A stretch of DNA of 64,000 nt from an uncultured bacterium (GTDB lineage: Bacteria; Joyebacterota; Joyebacteria; Joyebacterales; Joyebacteraceae). Numbering within the stretch: position 1 is the first letter of the stretch; every line of letters starts with the position of its first letter. The stretch spans positions 118,023 to 182,022 of the forward strand of contig CAZQSB010000001.1 in the NCBI GenBank assembly GCA_964596015.1. The letters run 5' to 3'. A program made the translations under genes and the position numbers. The notes under the pieces were generated by a model that saw only the letters and a list, made by a program, of their open reading frames with translations, searched no databases and had not been told where the DNA came from. Of this stretch, positions 19,038 to 28,647 are shown piece by piece.

Positions 19038-19733
19038 TCAGCGCGCGCCGAAGGTCCGCTCCGTCACGGAGAGGAACTCCGACGAGAAGTTCTCCATCCG
19101 GATGGTCAGGTGCCTGACGCGGTTCATAAGATAGTTGTAACCGACGAGGGCCGGGATCGCCACCGCCAGACCGGCCACGGTGGTCGTGAGCGCCGCCGAC
19201 ACGCCGGGCGCAACGCTCGAGATGCTCGCGGTCCCGGTCACCGACATCGCAGCGAAGGCCTTCATGATCCCCCAGACGGTCCCGAAGAGACCGACGAACG
19301 GAGCGCCACCGGCCGTCGTCGCCAGCGCGATGAGATGGCGTCTGAGTTCGATGACCTCCTCGGCGATGGCCCGCTCAAGACCCCGCTCGATGGCGTCGAT
19401 CTCGATCATGCTGAGTCCGCGACCGGACGGGGGCCCCGAGCCGGGTCCGGCTATGAGCGCGAGCTCGTGCAGGCCCGCCTCGAAGACGGAAGCGAAGGGA
19501 GACGGCGTGAAGCGCTGGCGATCGGCGTAGTGCCTGATCATCCCGTCGGGATCCTCCCTGAACCTGGCCAGGAAGTCCTCCGACCGCCTGAGCGCCCGCT
19601 TGAGCGCCGCGCCCTTGTAGAAGATGATGGCCCAGGAGTAGATCGAGACGACGAAGAGCGCCACGACGATGATCTGTCCGACCAGTCCCGATAGACCGAC
19701 GCTGGTAAGGAATCCCGTGTTCAAGTACGTCAC
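19038..19733 (-). CDS. tolQ: MotA/TolQ/ExbB proton channel protein
   Basis: The GTG at 19733 overlaps the upstream stop (GTGA). An alternative TTG at 19724 lies 8 nt after AGGAG. The conserved region reads GGAPFVGLFGTVWGIM. The longer ORF N-terminus is Arg-rich and rejected. Confidence 0.9.
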   Translation of the reverse strand: MTYLNTGFLTSVGLSGLVGQIIVVALFVVSIYSWAIIFYKGAALKRALRRSEDFLARFREDPDGMIRHYADRQRFTPSPFASVFEAGLHELALIAGPGSGPPSGRGLSMIEIDAIERGLERAIAEEVIELRRHLIALATTAGGAPFVGLFGTVWGIMKAFAAMSVTGTASISSVAPGVSAALTTTVAGLAVAIPALVGYNYLMNRVRHLTIRMENFSSEFLSVTERTFGAR

Positions 19734-21115
19734 TCCTCTCGATCGATCGCCGTGTCCGGCGGGGCCTTCAGGAACTCGCGAAAGCGAGCGTCGATGCCGG
19801 AGAGCGAGTCGCCCAAAGCGTCCGTGAGAATCCTGCCCACGTCGCGCGGGTTCCGTTCGGCCGCGTCGACCAGCCCACGCAGGGCGTCGAGACCCTTCGT
19901 CTCGGCGACCCATGCCATGAACGCGCCTGCGGCGGGTTCCGCGCGCGTCCGGTCGAGCCGCTCGAACGCCGCTCGTTCGACCATCTCGTCGAGCCCTGGC
20001 AACGCGTCGCGGGCCAGAAGTCCGGCGGCGGCGGTCGTCACCGGCTCGCCGCCCCACGTGCCCGACACGAAGACGGCGGTTCCGGTGCGGACGAACGGAT
20101 TATACACGCTCCCAGGTTCCGCCGCACCGGCCACCTTCGCGACCTCCCGCGTGAGCGCCACGCCGGCGCCCTCGACCCACGCGACGTGCACGGCGGACGC
20201 CCATGGAGCCGCATGGGCCACCTGCGCGTTGTCCGTGATGAGCCGCTTCTGTTCGATCGACGGGTAGACGTAGCAGGCTGTTCGCGGCGTCGCTCCTTCG
20301 CCGAGGGCGCTGTCCGCCAGGGCGGCCGCGCGCGCGAGCGCGGAGCCGGCCTCGCGCACGGTCTCGTCGGGAAGGCCGTCATGGTAGACGACGCCGGCCG
20401 GCGTCTCCACACGCGTCCAGTCCTCCAGCGGGTCCTCGAGAGACCCGGCGGCGCCCATTCCCCACCACGCCATGAGCAGCGCGTAGGCCGCCGCGAACAC
20501 GATGACGGCCTGCCTGGCCTTCCGTCTCGGGAGTCGGAAGAGCGGTTCGGCCCCGATGGCCAGCAGCACGAAGAACCAGACCGCGAAGAGGTCGAGCTGC
20601 CGCGCGAGACTCCACAGGAACGGGTGCTCCGCTCCGTCGACGAGGAACGCAAGGTTGGCTCCCGCCTCGGGCGACCCGGTCACCGGTAGAAGGACAGCGA
20701 ACAGCAGCGAACCGATCCCGACCGGGATCGACGCGTGAGCGACGCCCGAGAAGACCTGACGGAAGGTCGCCCTCCCGCCGAAGGCCAGCGCCGCGAGCCT
20801 CAGGAAGAGAGCCTCGATGGCCATCGTGATGGGCACGACGACGAGCGACATCACGACGCCCGCTGTCACGAAGCTCGTCTCCATCTCGAGCGGCGTGAAG
20901 CCCGTGCGAAGCGCCACCGAGCGAACGTAGTCGTCCATGAACCCGCCGCGAAAGGCGTAGACCGACGACACCAGCGACGCCAGAACCACGAAGGCCAGCG
21001 GCAGCGCCCAATGGGGTCGCTCCCGAAGCCGCTCGAACGTGCGGCGGGGGAACACGAGGACCAACGTGAATGCGGCGAGCGGGTTCAGCGGTCGAGCCGC
21101 CGGCGCGTCACTCAT
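19730..21115 (-). CDS. Yip1-domain polytopic membrane protein with an unrecognised C-terminal soluble domain of about 230 aa
   Basis: ATG at 21115. Five TM helices match the Yip1 topology. The C-terminal domain was not recognised. This is the first gene of the tol cluster, in the position usually held by ybgC. Confidence 0.7.
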   Translation of the reverse strand: MSDAPAARPLNPLAAFTLVLVFPRRTFERLRERPHWALPLAFVVLASLVSSVYAFRGGFMDDYVRSVALRTGFTPLEMETSFVTAGVVMSLVVVPITMAIEALFLRLAALAFGGRATFRQVFSGVAHASIPVGIGSLLFAVLLPVTGSPEAGANLAFLVDGAEHPFLWSLARQLDLFAVWFFVLLAIGAEPLFRLPRRKARQAVIVFAAAYALLMAWWGMGAAGSLEDPLEDWTRVETPAGVVYHDGLPDETVREAGSALARAAALADSALGEGATPRTACYVYPSIEQKRLITDNAQVAHAAPWASAVHVAWVEGAGVALTREVAKVAGAAEPGSVYNPFVRTGTAVFVSGTWGGEPVTTAAAGLLARDALPGLDEMVERAAFERLDRTRAEPAAGAFMAWVAETKGLDALRGLVDAAERNPRDVGRILTDALGDSLSGIDARFREFLKAPPDTAIDREE

Positions 21116-21256
21116 GGCGTTCACTTCTCTCGCTCGGGACGATGACGGAGACGACCGATCCTCCACGAAGGCCGTGGGTCGCCGGTCGAACGGGGCAGGA
21201 CAGAGCTGACGGTCGGTAGCCGGTTCCGCAGAGGCTACACCCGGTCACCCTGTCTG

Positions 21257-22135
21257 TCAAGGAAGGACGCGTGAGGAACGTGCGCGCTTCTCGAAGGTCG
21301 CGATGGAGCCGATGCCGGCGCGGCGGAGGAGTCTGAGGGCCACGTCGAAGTCCATTCCGACCTGACCCGGCGCGTGGGCGTCGGACCCGAGCGTGACGGC
21401 CACGTCGTGGTCGGCGCAGGCCTGGAGGAACTCCAGCGCGGGATACGGCTCGACGACCCGTTTGCGGATGCCGGAGGTGTTGATCTCGATGGCGACGCCG
21501 CTCTCGGCAAGGGCAAGGGCTGCCTGTTCGTACCACCGGGACATCGACCGTCGCGGAAGGATCCCGTGCTTCTTCACGAGGTCCGGGTGGGCCATGAAAT
21601 CGAAGCCTCCCTCGTGGACCGCTTCGATGAAGGCCTCGAAGTACCTGGGGAAGACATCGTCCGGATCCTTTCCCCTCCACGAGCTCACGAAGCGGCTGTC
21701 GCTGAGGTCCCATCCCGCGAGAGAGTGGACCGATCCGATGATGTAGTCGAAGTCGTACGGCTCGGCCGCCTCGCGGACCTCGTCCATCTGTCCGGGGAAG
21801 TAGTCCATCTCGATGCCGAGACGCACGGTGAGCTCGTCGTCCGTTCCCTGCGCGTCCCTCACGAGGTCGACGTAGAGCGGGAGGTCCTCCCGGGCCATCG
21901 TCAGTCGCTCGTCGCGGCGCCTGAGAAGCGGCATGTGGTCGGAGAAGCCGATCTCGGAGAGACCCAGCTCCAGCGCCGAGCGGACGTAGTCCTCAGGAAC
22001 GCCCACGGCGTGACCGCACAGATGGGTGTGGATGTGATAGTCCACGAGGCGGGCGTATTGGCTCCGTCTGAGCCTCCTCAGAGGACGGGTCCACGAGAGC
22101 CCGCGCTGTCTGATCCTGCGGCCCAATCTGCGCAT
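21257..22135 (-). CDS. PHP-family histidinol-phosphatase-like hydrolase (HisJ family)
   Basis: Motifs DYHIHTHLCGH, GFSDHMP and GSVH are present. The start is uncertain; the ATG at 22135 lies 11 nt after the upstream stop. Confidence 0.85.
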   Translation of the reverse strand: MRRLGRRIRQRGLSWTRPLRRLRRSQYARLVDYHIHTHLCGHAVGVPEDYVRSALELGLSEIGFSDHMPLLRRRDERLTMAREDLPLYVDLVRDAQGTDDELTVRLGIEMDYFPGQMDEVREAAEPYDFDYIIGSVHSLAGWDLSDSRFVSSWRGKDPDDVFPRYFEAFIEAVHEGGFDFMAHPDLVKKHGILPRRSMSRWYEQAALALAESGVAIEINTSGIRKRVVEPYPALEFLQACADHDVAVTLGSDAHAPGQVGMDFDVALRLLRRAGIGSIATFEKRARSSRVLP

Positions 22136-22145
22136 GGGTCTCGAA

Positions 22146-22685
22146 CTACTCCTCATCCGCCTCACGGGGCCGGAGCACGGGAGCGGCCCGCTCGGCCGCA
22201 AGCCCCGCGATGTCGGCCGCCATCCGCGGCGGACCTGTGGATTGCGCGGCGCCAAGATACCTTCTCGACCGCGCGTCGCTCATCTCGACCTGAACGGTGA
22301 GCACCCCGACCTCGACAGCGGGGCGGACCACGACGAGCGCGTCGAATCCGGTCTCGCCCTCCTCGACCACGCTCACGTCCATTTCCTCGAGTTCCTCGAG
22401 CCTCTCGGCGAACCTCGCCGCGAGCATCGTCTGCAGGCTGTCCGGAAGCGCCGAGGAGCGGGACAGCACAACGCCGACCGTCTCGACGGGCGCCGGCGGC
22501 GTGGTCAGCTCGAACGAGCACCGGACCACGCCCGCCGCGACGGCGATGAGGCTCAGAGCGAGCAGCAGCTTAAGCGCGACCGGCTGCTCCCGGAAGCCCC
22601 CCCGGGGGCCGCGCCGCTCGTCGCCCTCCGCGCCGCTCTGTTCGCGCGCTTCCCCGCTCCTGCTGCCTGTCCTCTCCTCCGCCAC
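22146..22685 (-). CDS. Hypothetical single-pass membrane protein
   Basis: The GTG start directly abuts the symporter stop (TGAGTG). It has a charged N-terminus, one TM (LKLLLALSLIAVAAGVV), and a domain of about 125 aa beyond the TM (topology not determined). Confidence 0.55.
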   Translation of the reverse strand: MAEERTGSRSGEAREQSGAEGDERRGPRGGFREQPVALKLLLALSLIAVAAGVVRCSFELTTPPAPVETVGVVLSRSSALPDSLQTMLAARFAERLEELEEMDVSVVEEGETGFDALVVVRPAVEVGVLTVQVEMSDARSRRYLGAAQSTGPPRMAADIAGLAAERAAPVLRPREADEE

Positions 22686-24170
22686 TCAGCGACCTCCGCG
22701 GGACTCGCCCCAGACGGCCGCCACATGGGAGGGATCGGGCGGCTCCGTCGCGAGGCTCACGAGCACGAACGCCAGGAGCGACGAGCCGACACCGGGGATG
22801 AACCCGTGCACGCCCCAGCCGAAGCCCCACGCGCGCGCCGCGATCATCCACCCGAGCGCGACGACGGTTCCCACGACCATCGAGGCGAACGCGCCCTGGC
22901 GTGTCGCGCGCCGCCAGTAGACGCCGAGCACGACCGGCCACAGACAGGCCGACGCGATCACGGCCCACGAGAACGCCGTGATGACAAGGATGAGGTCGGG
23001 GGGTCTGTAAGCGATGACGAGCGAGATGAGCCCGGCCACGAAGCTGGCGAGTCTGCCCAGCATCACCTCGCGCCGGGTCGCCTCGGGACCGTTCTGTACA
23101 TGTCCTCCGTAGATCTTCCTCCCGCCACGAAGGTCCTCGACGATGGCGCCGCTCACAATGATGAGGACCGAGGCGAACGTCGACATCCCCGCGGCCATGA
23201 CCCCGGCGAGGAAGATGGCGCCGCCCCAGGGATGGAGCACCTGCTCCGTGAGGAGCGGGATGGCGAGGTCGGGATTCTCGAGCGAGGGCAGCAGCAGACG
23301 GCTCATCGCGCCCGTGAGATAGGGAAGCACCGCCATTGCGCCGCCGAGCGTCGCGAGGACGGTCCCGAGCCTGAGGACGCGCGGGTTCTTCATGGAGTAG
23401 AACCGCACCAGGAGCTGCGGCATGCCCCAGACGCCGAGGCTCACGATGAGCGCGAACGAGATGAGTCCGTTCCATCCCCAGAGGCCGGGCGTCTCGACGA
23501 AGCCTGCGTCGAGCGCGGCGAGTCCGTCGGTGGCGACGGTCAGACCTCCCACGGCGTGGAGCGTGGCGAAGAAGAGCAGCAGGAGGCCGAAGATCATGAT
23601 CCACGCCTGGACGAAGCTCGTCCATACGACGGCCAGGTAGCCCCCGATCGACACGTAGACGAGGATGATGAGCCCGGCGACGAGCACCGCCGTCGTGTAC
23701 TCGACGCCCATGAGGCCTTCCATGATGCGCCCCATGCCCACGAGCACGCTCACGTTGTAGACGATCATGAAGGCGAAGATGATGAGCGCCGAGAAGACCT
23801 CCGCCTCGCGCGCCTGATATCGTCTCCCGAGAAACCCGGGGATGGTCATGGTGTCGAGCCGTTTGGTGAACTCCCACAGGCGCCGCCCCAGGACGATCCA
23901 GACGAGCGTGCAGCCGATGAGCACGTTCATGGCGCCGACCCACATCGTGGAGAGTCCGAACCGGTATCCGAAGGCCCCGCCCCCGACGATGACCACCGAG
24001 CTGAAGTATGCGGCGACGAAGGAGAACGCCGTCACCCAGGGGCCGACCTGACGGCCTCCGATGTAGAAGTCCTCCGCGCTTCTCGTCCTTCTTCCCATCC
24101 ACAGACCCATCGCCACCAGGAGAACGAGGTAGAGTGTCATGACGGTTCCGTAGATGACGCCGCTACTCAT
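22686..24170 (-). CDS. Sodium:solute symporter (SSS) family transporter
   Basis: 494 aa with about 13 TM helices. The N-terminal signature AEDFYIGGRQVGPWV is typical of SSS. Confidence 0.93.
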   Translation of the reverse strand: MSSGVIYGTVMTLYLVLLVAMGLWMGRRTRSAEDFYIGGRQVGPWVTAFSFVAAYFSSVVIVGGGAFGYRFGLSTMWVGAMNVLIGCTLVWIVLGRRLWEFTKRLDTMTIPGFLGRRYQAREAEVFSALIIFAFMIVYNVSVLVGMGRIMEGLMGVEYTTAVLVAGLIILVYVSIGGYLAVVWTSFVQAWIMIFGLLLLFFATLHAVGGLTVATDGLAALDAGFVETPGLWGWNGLISFALIVSLGVWGMPQLLVRFYSMKNPRVLRLGTVLATLGGAMAVLPYLTGAMSRLLLPSLENPDLAIPLLTEQVLHPWGGAIFLAGVMAAGMSTFASVLIIVSGAIVEDLRGGRKIYGGHVQNGPEATRREVMLGRLASFVAGLISLVIAYRPPDLILVITAFSWAVIASACLWPVVLGVYWRRATRQGAFASMVVGTVVALGWMIAARAWGFGWGVHGFIPGVGSSLLAFVLVSLATEPPDPSHVAAVWGESRGGR

Positions 24171-24285
24171 GCTTCCCCTCCCCGCCCGAACTTCGCGCGG
24201 CCCAGACCACGGCCACCACGATGCTGAGGGCGATGACGACGAGCGAGAAGAACGTGAGCCACGGCATGCCGAACGGTGCGCTCAT
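24163..24285 (-). CDS. Small (40 aa) single-TM protein translationally coupled to the symporter (putative symporter accessory subunit)
   Basis: ATG at 24285 is preceded by GGGAGGAGAG. The sequence is MSAPFGMPWLTFFSLVVIALSIVVAVVWAARSSGGEGKHE. Its stop overlaps the symporter ATG by 8 nt. Confidence 0.6.
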   Translation of the reverse strand: MSAPFGMPWLTFFSLVVIALSIVVAVVWAARSSGGEGKHE

Positions 24286-24380
24286 CTCTCCTCCCTTGGG
24301 AACGCGCGCCTCGAACGAGCGCGGGACTGACGCGGCCGCCCGGGTTTCCGGACGACGCCCCGCAACGGCGGAACCTGTCG

Positions 24381-25232
24381 CTAGAAGAACCGGTAGTAGA
24401 GCCTGATGTAGGGCGCCACATCGAAGTCGAGCGTCGTGACGGCCGGCGACCCCTTCCCGCTCAGGGGAACCATGGCCGCGAAACTGAGGGTCAGGCGCTC
24501 TCCGGACCATTGCGCGCCGGGACAGATGTAGAGCCGCGAGAAGTCGGACTCCTCGACGCCGAGGTAGCCCTTCATCTCCCACAGGAGGCTCCACTGCTCC
24601 GACACGGGGTCCTCGATCGACAGAAGACCGATGGCCATGTCCTTCGCGTCGATGCCGTTCTCCTTCTCGGTGTTCAGCCAGTACGTCGCGCACCAGTGGA
24701 CCATCAACCGGCCGGCGGGATGTGTGAGCGCCGCGCCGGCGAGGTATCCGGTGGACCCGTCCGAGAGCGGAGGCGTCCCGTTCGTGTCGCCCGTGGGAAG
24801 ACGGACGCCCGTCAGCAGCGAGAGGCTCACGGTGCGCTCCTCGTTCTGGTAGATCCTGATCTTCGGGTCGATGACGATGTCCCCGAGTCCTGTATTGGAG
24901 TCCTCGTTCACGCTGTCGCTCACGAAACGGTCCTCGAGCGGCAGCGAAGCGCGGATGGTCAGCCAGTCGGTAGCGCCGTAGTAGATGCGCGGGACGAGCG
25001 AGATGAACGAGACGCTTCGTTCGTCGGGAAGCTCGATCCAGCCGGGGTCGCCCGAGCCGTAGAGGTCGGCGTCGTACTGACGTGTGAAGTTCCGCCACAG
25101 GAAGTAGGTGTCCATCATGTACGCGCCCGCCGGCAGAGTGTTGGCGCTCGCCCCCAGGATGGGAAGAGCGGATGCCGCGCCGGCGACGGTCAGCACCGCG
25201 AGCACTGTGATGACAACGACAGGTCGTCTCAT
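24381..25232 (-). CDS. Outer-membrane beta-barrel transporter (MetA-pathway/phenol-degradation-like family)
   Basis: ATG at 25232. It has a signal peptide, alternating beta-strand pattern, and a C-terminal aromatic residue (YYRFF). The longer ORF N-terminus is rejected. Confidence 0.75.
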   Translation of the reverse strand: MRRPVVVITVLAVLTVAGAASALPILGASANTLPAGAYMMDTYFLWRNFTRQYDADLYGSGDPGWIELPDERSVSFISLVPRIYYGATDWLTIRASLPLEDRFVSDSVNEDSNTGLGDIVIDPKIRIYQNEERTVSLSLLTGVRLPTGDTNGTPPLSDGSTGYLAGAALTHPAGRLMVHWCATYWLNTEKENGIDAKDMAIGLLSIEDPVSEQWSLLWEMKGYLGVEESDFSRLYICPGAQWSGERLTLSFAAMVPLSGKGSPAVTTLDFDVAPYIRLYYRFF

Positions 25233-25252
25233 GGTCACTCCCGTTGAACGTC

Positions 25253-25298
25253 GGAAGAAGGACAGGACCGGCCCGGCGGGCCGCTCGTGTCCTTCTCC
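25253..25298 (-). terminator. Long imperfect stem-loop downstream of the kor/nitroreductase operon
   Basis: On the minus strand the outer arms ggagaaggaca / tgtccttcttcc (one bulge) enclose the inner hairpin cggccc-gcc-gggccg. There is no clean U-tract. Confidence 0.35.
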
Positions 25299-25402
25299 GG
25301 CATCGGTCGAGGGCCCGGGGCGAACCGGTGCCCTGACGAACCACTGTCCCACTTGTACCCGAGCTTCGACCGCGCCACAAGCCGGAACAGGTATGTCGTT
25401 CG

Positions 25403-25963
25403 CTACGAACCGCCCTCGTAGGCGTCCATGAAGGCGAACTCCTCGAGCGGCTTGCGCTCGGGTCGCTCCTTCTCGGACTCCGCCTGGTCCTCCGAAAGGA
25501 GGTCGTTGATGGTGTCTGAGTGAAGCCCGACGTTCACGAGGGTGATGACGGTCATGTCGTCCGGGACGCCGAGCACCTCCTTCGCCTTCTCCTCGTCGTA
25601 TCCGGCGATCGGATGGGCCACGAGTCCGAGCTCCGTCGCGCGGAGGATGAGGAAGGCGGTGGCCATGCCCGTGTCGAAAAGGTAGTAGTCGCGCCCCTTC
25701 ACCTGGCAATCGAGGTCGGCGCGGCTCACGACGGCGATGATCATCGAGGCGCGCGTCGCCCAGGCGTTTCCCTTGTTGAGCGACTCCTTCAGTCGCTCGA
25801 GCGCCTCCCCGCGAGCGAAGACGTAGCGCCACGGTTGCTTGTTGAAGCACGAAGGCGCCAGTCTCGCGCATCGGGCGAGGTCGCGGACGGTCTCGTCACT
25901 GATCTCGACCGGGTCGAGCGAACGGTAAGCGCGGCGCTTCTCTATGACGTCGGTCAGACTCAT
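25403..25963 (-). CDS. Nitroreductase family protein
   Basis: ATG at 25963 overlaps the korB stop (ATGA). The N-terminal part reads RRAYRSL...PSCFNKQPWRY, a typical nitroreductase signature. There is an acidic C-terminal tail. Confidence 0.88.
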   Translation of the reverse strand: MSLTDVIEKRRAYRSLDPVEISDETVRDLARCARLAPSCFNKQPWRYVFARGEALERLKESLNKGNAWATRASMIIAVVSRADLDCQVKGRDYYLFDTGMATAFLILRATELGLVAHPIAGYDEEKAKEVLGVPDDMTVITLVNVGLHSDTINDLLSEDQAESEKERPERKPLEEFAFMDAYEGGS

Positions 25964-26814
25964 GAGACCTCCATGGTCTTGAGCACCGCCGTCACCTGCT
26001 TCCTGCGCTCCTTCATGTCGGGACGGTCCTTCGCCGGGACGCGGTCCCCAAGGAGCGCCGCCTCGTGCGACGGTCGCTCGCTCGTGAAGATGATGCCGGT
26101 CGCGAGCTTCTCCTTCTCTCTGGCGACGGCGAGAGCCTCGTCGAGCGACTCGGCGGGCCCGTCGAGCTCGTACGTCTTCTCGTTGTAGAGGTCGAACGTG
26201 TCGTTGAACGTGACGCACGGCTGAAGGACATCGATGTACGCGAACCCCTCGTGGAGCACCGCCGCCACGATGAGGTCTGTGAGCTGCTCGAGCCGCCCCG
26301 AGTACCCCCGGGCCACGAAGGTCGCCCCGGACTCGAGAGCTATCACGAGCGGGTTCAGCGGCTCCTCAACGTTGCCGTGGGGCGTCGACGGGCCCTTGAA
26401 GCCCCTGGGGCTCGTCGGGGCCCTCTGTCCCGTGGTCAGCGCGTAGACGCCGTTGTTGTGGCAGATGACGGCAAGGTCGGTGTTCCTCTTTGCGGCGAAG
26501 ACGAAGTGCGCGATGCCCTCGCCGAGCGAATCGCCGTCGCCGACGAACGAGACGACCTTGAGCTCCGGGTTCCCCAACTTGATCCCCTGCGCCGTCGCCA
26601 GCGCGCGGCCGTGGAGCGAGTAGAACCCGGACGTCGTCACATAGTCGAACATCTTCGCGTGCTGGCCGATGCCCGCGGTCATCACGAGCCGCTCGTGCGG
26701 CACGCCCTCGTCGGCCAGTTTCAGAACGGCCTGTTCATATGCCGTCTTGATCCCGAAGTTCCCGCACCCGGGACACCATGTGATGGCGGCGTCGGTCGTG
26801 TATTCCTGGCTCAT
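25960..26814 (-). CDS. korB: 2-oxoacid:ferredoxin oxidoreductase beta subunit (TPP-binding)
   Basis: Motifs WCPGCGNFG and GDGD...G (TPP) are present. It sits immediately downstream of the alpha subunit. Confidence 0.92.
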   Translation of the reverse strand: MSQEYTTDAAITWCPGCGNFGIKTAYEQAVLKLADEGVPHERLVMTAGIGQHAKMFDYVTTSGFYSLHGRALATAQGIKLGNPELKVVSFVGDGDSLGEGIAHFVFAAKRNTDLAVICHNNGVYALTTGQRAPTSPRGFKGPSTPHGNVEEPLNPLVIALESGATFVARGYSGRLEQLTDLIVAAVLHEGFAYIDVLQPCVTFNDTFDLYNEKTYELDGPAESLDEALAVAREKEKLATGIIFTSERPSHEAALLGDRVPAKDRPDMKERRKQVTAVLKTMEVS

Positions 26815-26860
26815 CAGTGACTCCTTCTTCCTTTTGTTCCGGACCAGTGGACGAACGCCG

Positions 26861-28522
26861 TCAGGACGTGGCCTTCTCGAGTTCCTCGGCGAGCTCGGTC
26901 GGCTCGAAGGGCCTTCCGTCGTACCGCCTGACGATGGACGACGTCTTCACACCGATCTTCTCCCTGAGCAGCCGGGCGAACTGCCCGGCGGCGCTGGCCT
27001 CCACCACCACCACGTCCTCACCCCGGAACTCCTCGAGCTCCCAAATGGGGAACGGCTCGAGGTAGATCGGCTGGACTATCCGGAGATCGAGCCCGCCCGA
27101 GCGCGCCGCCTCGTGGACGGCCATGGCGCTCGAGCCGTACGTGAAGACCACGGGTCCCTTCTCACCGACGCGGTTGACGGTGCGGACGGTCTTCAGATGC
27201 TCCTCGAGAGCCTCGGCCTTCCGCTGCCGCTTGTCGTGCATCCTGGCGGTCATGTCCGCCTCTTCCGTCGTGACGCCGAGTTCGTCGTGCTCGTAACTCG
27301 TCCACTTGATCATCTCTGCGGACGGCGGGAACAGCAGCGGACTGACGCCGTTCTCCGTGTCGGCGTAGCGCCTGTAGTCGCCTCCTTCGTGCATCACGGG
27401 TTCGGCCCAAGCGGCCGAGTCGGGGTCGATGTCCGCCGTGGCCGTGCACTCGGAGAGATGCTTGTCGGTGAGAAGCACGGCCGGACTCTGGAACCGCCAC
27501 GAGAGGTCGAGAAGCTCGGCCGCGAGCAGGAACGACTCGGCAACGCTGCCGGGCGACGCCACGATCCGCGCGAACTCCCCGTGGCCCGCGTTGAGGGCGA
27601 AGCGGAGGTCCCCCTGCTCGGTGTAGGTCGGCACGCCCGTCGCAGGGCCGGGCCGCTGTCCGAGGAAGATGAGACACGGGCTCTCGGACATGCCTGCGAG
27701 CGAGAAGGCCTCCGCCATGAGAGCGAACCCTCCGCCGCTCGTCCCGACCATCGCCCGGGCGCCCGTCATGGCGCAGCCGAGCGCCATGTTGGCCACGGCG
27801 ATCTCGCTCTCGGGATGCAGCGTCACGACCGAGAGCTCCTCGTCCCGCTTCGAGAGGAAGTGGAGCAGCGGTGAGGCCGGCGTCATCGGATAGGCGATGT
27901 AGACGTCGAGGCCGGCCGCGGCCGCGCCGAGACAGATGGCCTCGGACCCCGCGAGCAGCGTCCGCTTCTTCCCGTCCCCCTCGAGTTCGAACCGTCCTGC
28001 GAGCTCTTCGTTCACCGAGCCGTAGACCGCCTTGGCGAAGGCGACGTTGTTCTCGGAGTCCTTCGTGTAGATGCGCTCGATGGTCTCGGCGAGCGCGTCC
28101 TCGTCCATGCCGAGCGCCGAGCAGAGCACGGCCACCGCGGCGACGCCGGAGCGGAGCAGGGGTCTGGGGTAGTCCTCAGCGAGCGAGGTGATCGGCGCGC
28201 CGATCCCTTCCCCTTCCTCGACCTCGTCGCTGTTCCTCACGAGCATCCCGCCGTCGGCGAGCTCGTCCCTGTGCTCCTCATAGCTGCGCGCGTCCAGAGC
28301 CACGATGAGGTCGGCCTTGCGGTACCGGCCGGAGACCGGGCCCGGCCTCGAGGAGACGATCGAGAAGCTGTGTCCGCCCCGGATGAGGCTCTGGTAGTCG
28401 TCGGTCTGGAATGTCTCTCTTCCGAGACCCGCCAGGATCGCGGAAGCCCCGGCGGCAGCGCTCTTGACGCCCTGCCCCGCCTGCCCTCCGACGAGAAACG
28501 TGAACAACTCCTGTGCTGCCAT
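26861..28522 (-). CDS. korA: 2-oxoacid:ferredoxin oxidoreductase alpha subunit with a fused gamma-like N-terminal domain
   Basis: ATG at 28522 is preceded by GGGAGG. The N-terminal POR-gamma signature is GGQAGQGV. The alpha-domain signature is YPMTPAS. Confidence 0.92.
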   Translation of the reverse strand: MAAQELFTFLVGGQAGQGVKSAAAGASAILAGLGRETFQTDDYQSLIRGGHSFSIVSSRPGPVSGRYRKADLIVALDARSYEEHRDELADGGMLVRNSDEVEEGEGIGAPITSLAEDYPRPLLRSGVAAVAVLCSALGMDEDALAETIERIYTKDSENNVAFAKAVYGSVNEELAGRFELEGDGKKRTLLAGSEAICLGAAAAGLDVYIAYPMTPASPLLHFLSKRDEELSVVTLHPESEIAVANMALGCAMTGARAMVGTSGGGFALMAEAFSLAGMSESPCLIFLGQRPGPATGVPTYTEQGDLRFALNAGHGEFARIVASPGSVAESFLLAAELLDLSWRFQSPAVLLTDKHLSECTATADIDPDSAAWAEPVMHEGGDYRRYADTENGVSPLLFPPSAEMIKWTSYEHDELGVTTEEADMTARMHDKRQRKAEALEEHLKTVRTVNRVGEKGPVVFTYGSSAMAVHEAARSGGLDLRIVQPIYLEPFPIWELEEFRGEDVVVVEASAAGQFARLLREKIGVKTSSIVRRYDGRPFEPTELAEELEKATS

Positions 28523-28647
28523 GGAACCTCCCTGCTTCTGCCCCTCCCTGTCACGATACACAAGTACCTACGTGAATGGCCCGGCGCCGTCCACCGAACG
28601 CTCATGGGGGCCCCAGGGCCCCCGCGTCGGTGATCCACTGTCAGCTC

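Noticed and set aside
22134-24227. 697-aa plus-strand ORF antisense to the symporter. The same applies to 31561-33015 (-), 33665-35065 (+) and 9658-11577 (+).
   Set aside because: All are opposite genes with unmistakable family signatures, and all show the Arg/Asp/Glu/His-rich shadow-frame composition.
24286-25380. Most of the 405-aa ORF 24163-25380 (-).
   Set aside because: It overlaps the outer-membrane barrel gene in another frame and is Arg-rich. Only its last 40 codons look real, since they have an RBS, a TM helix and coupling to the symporter.
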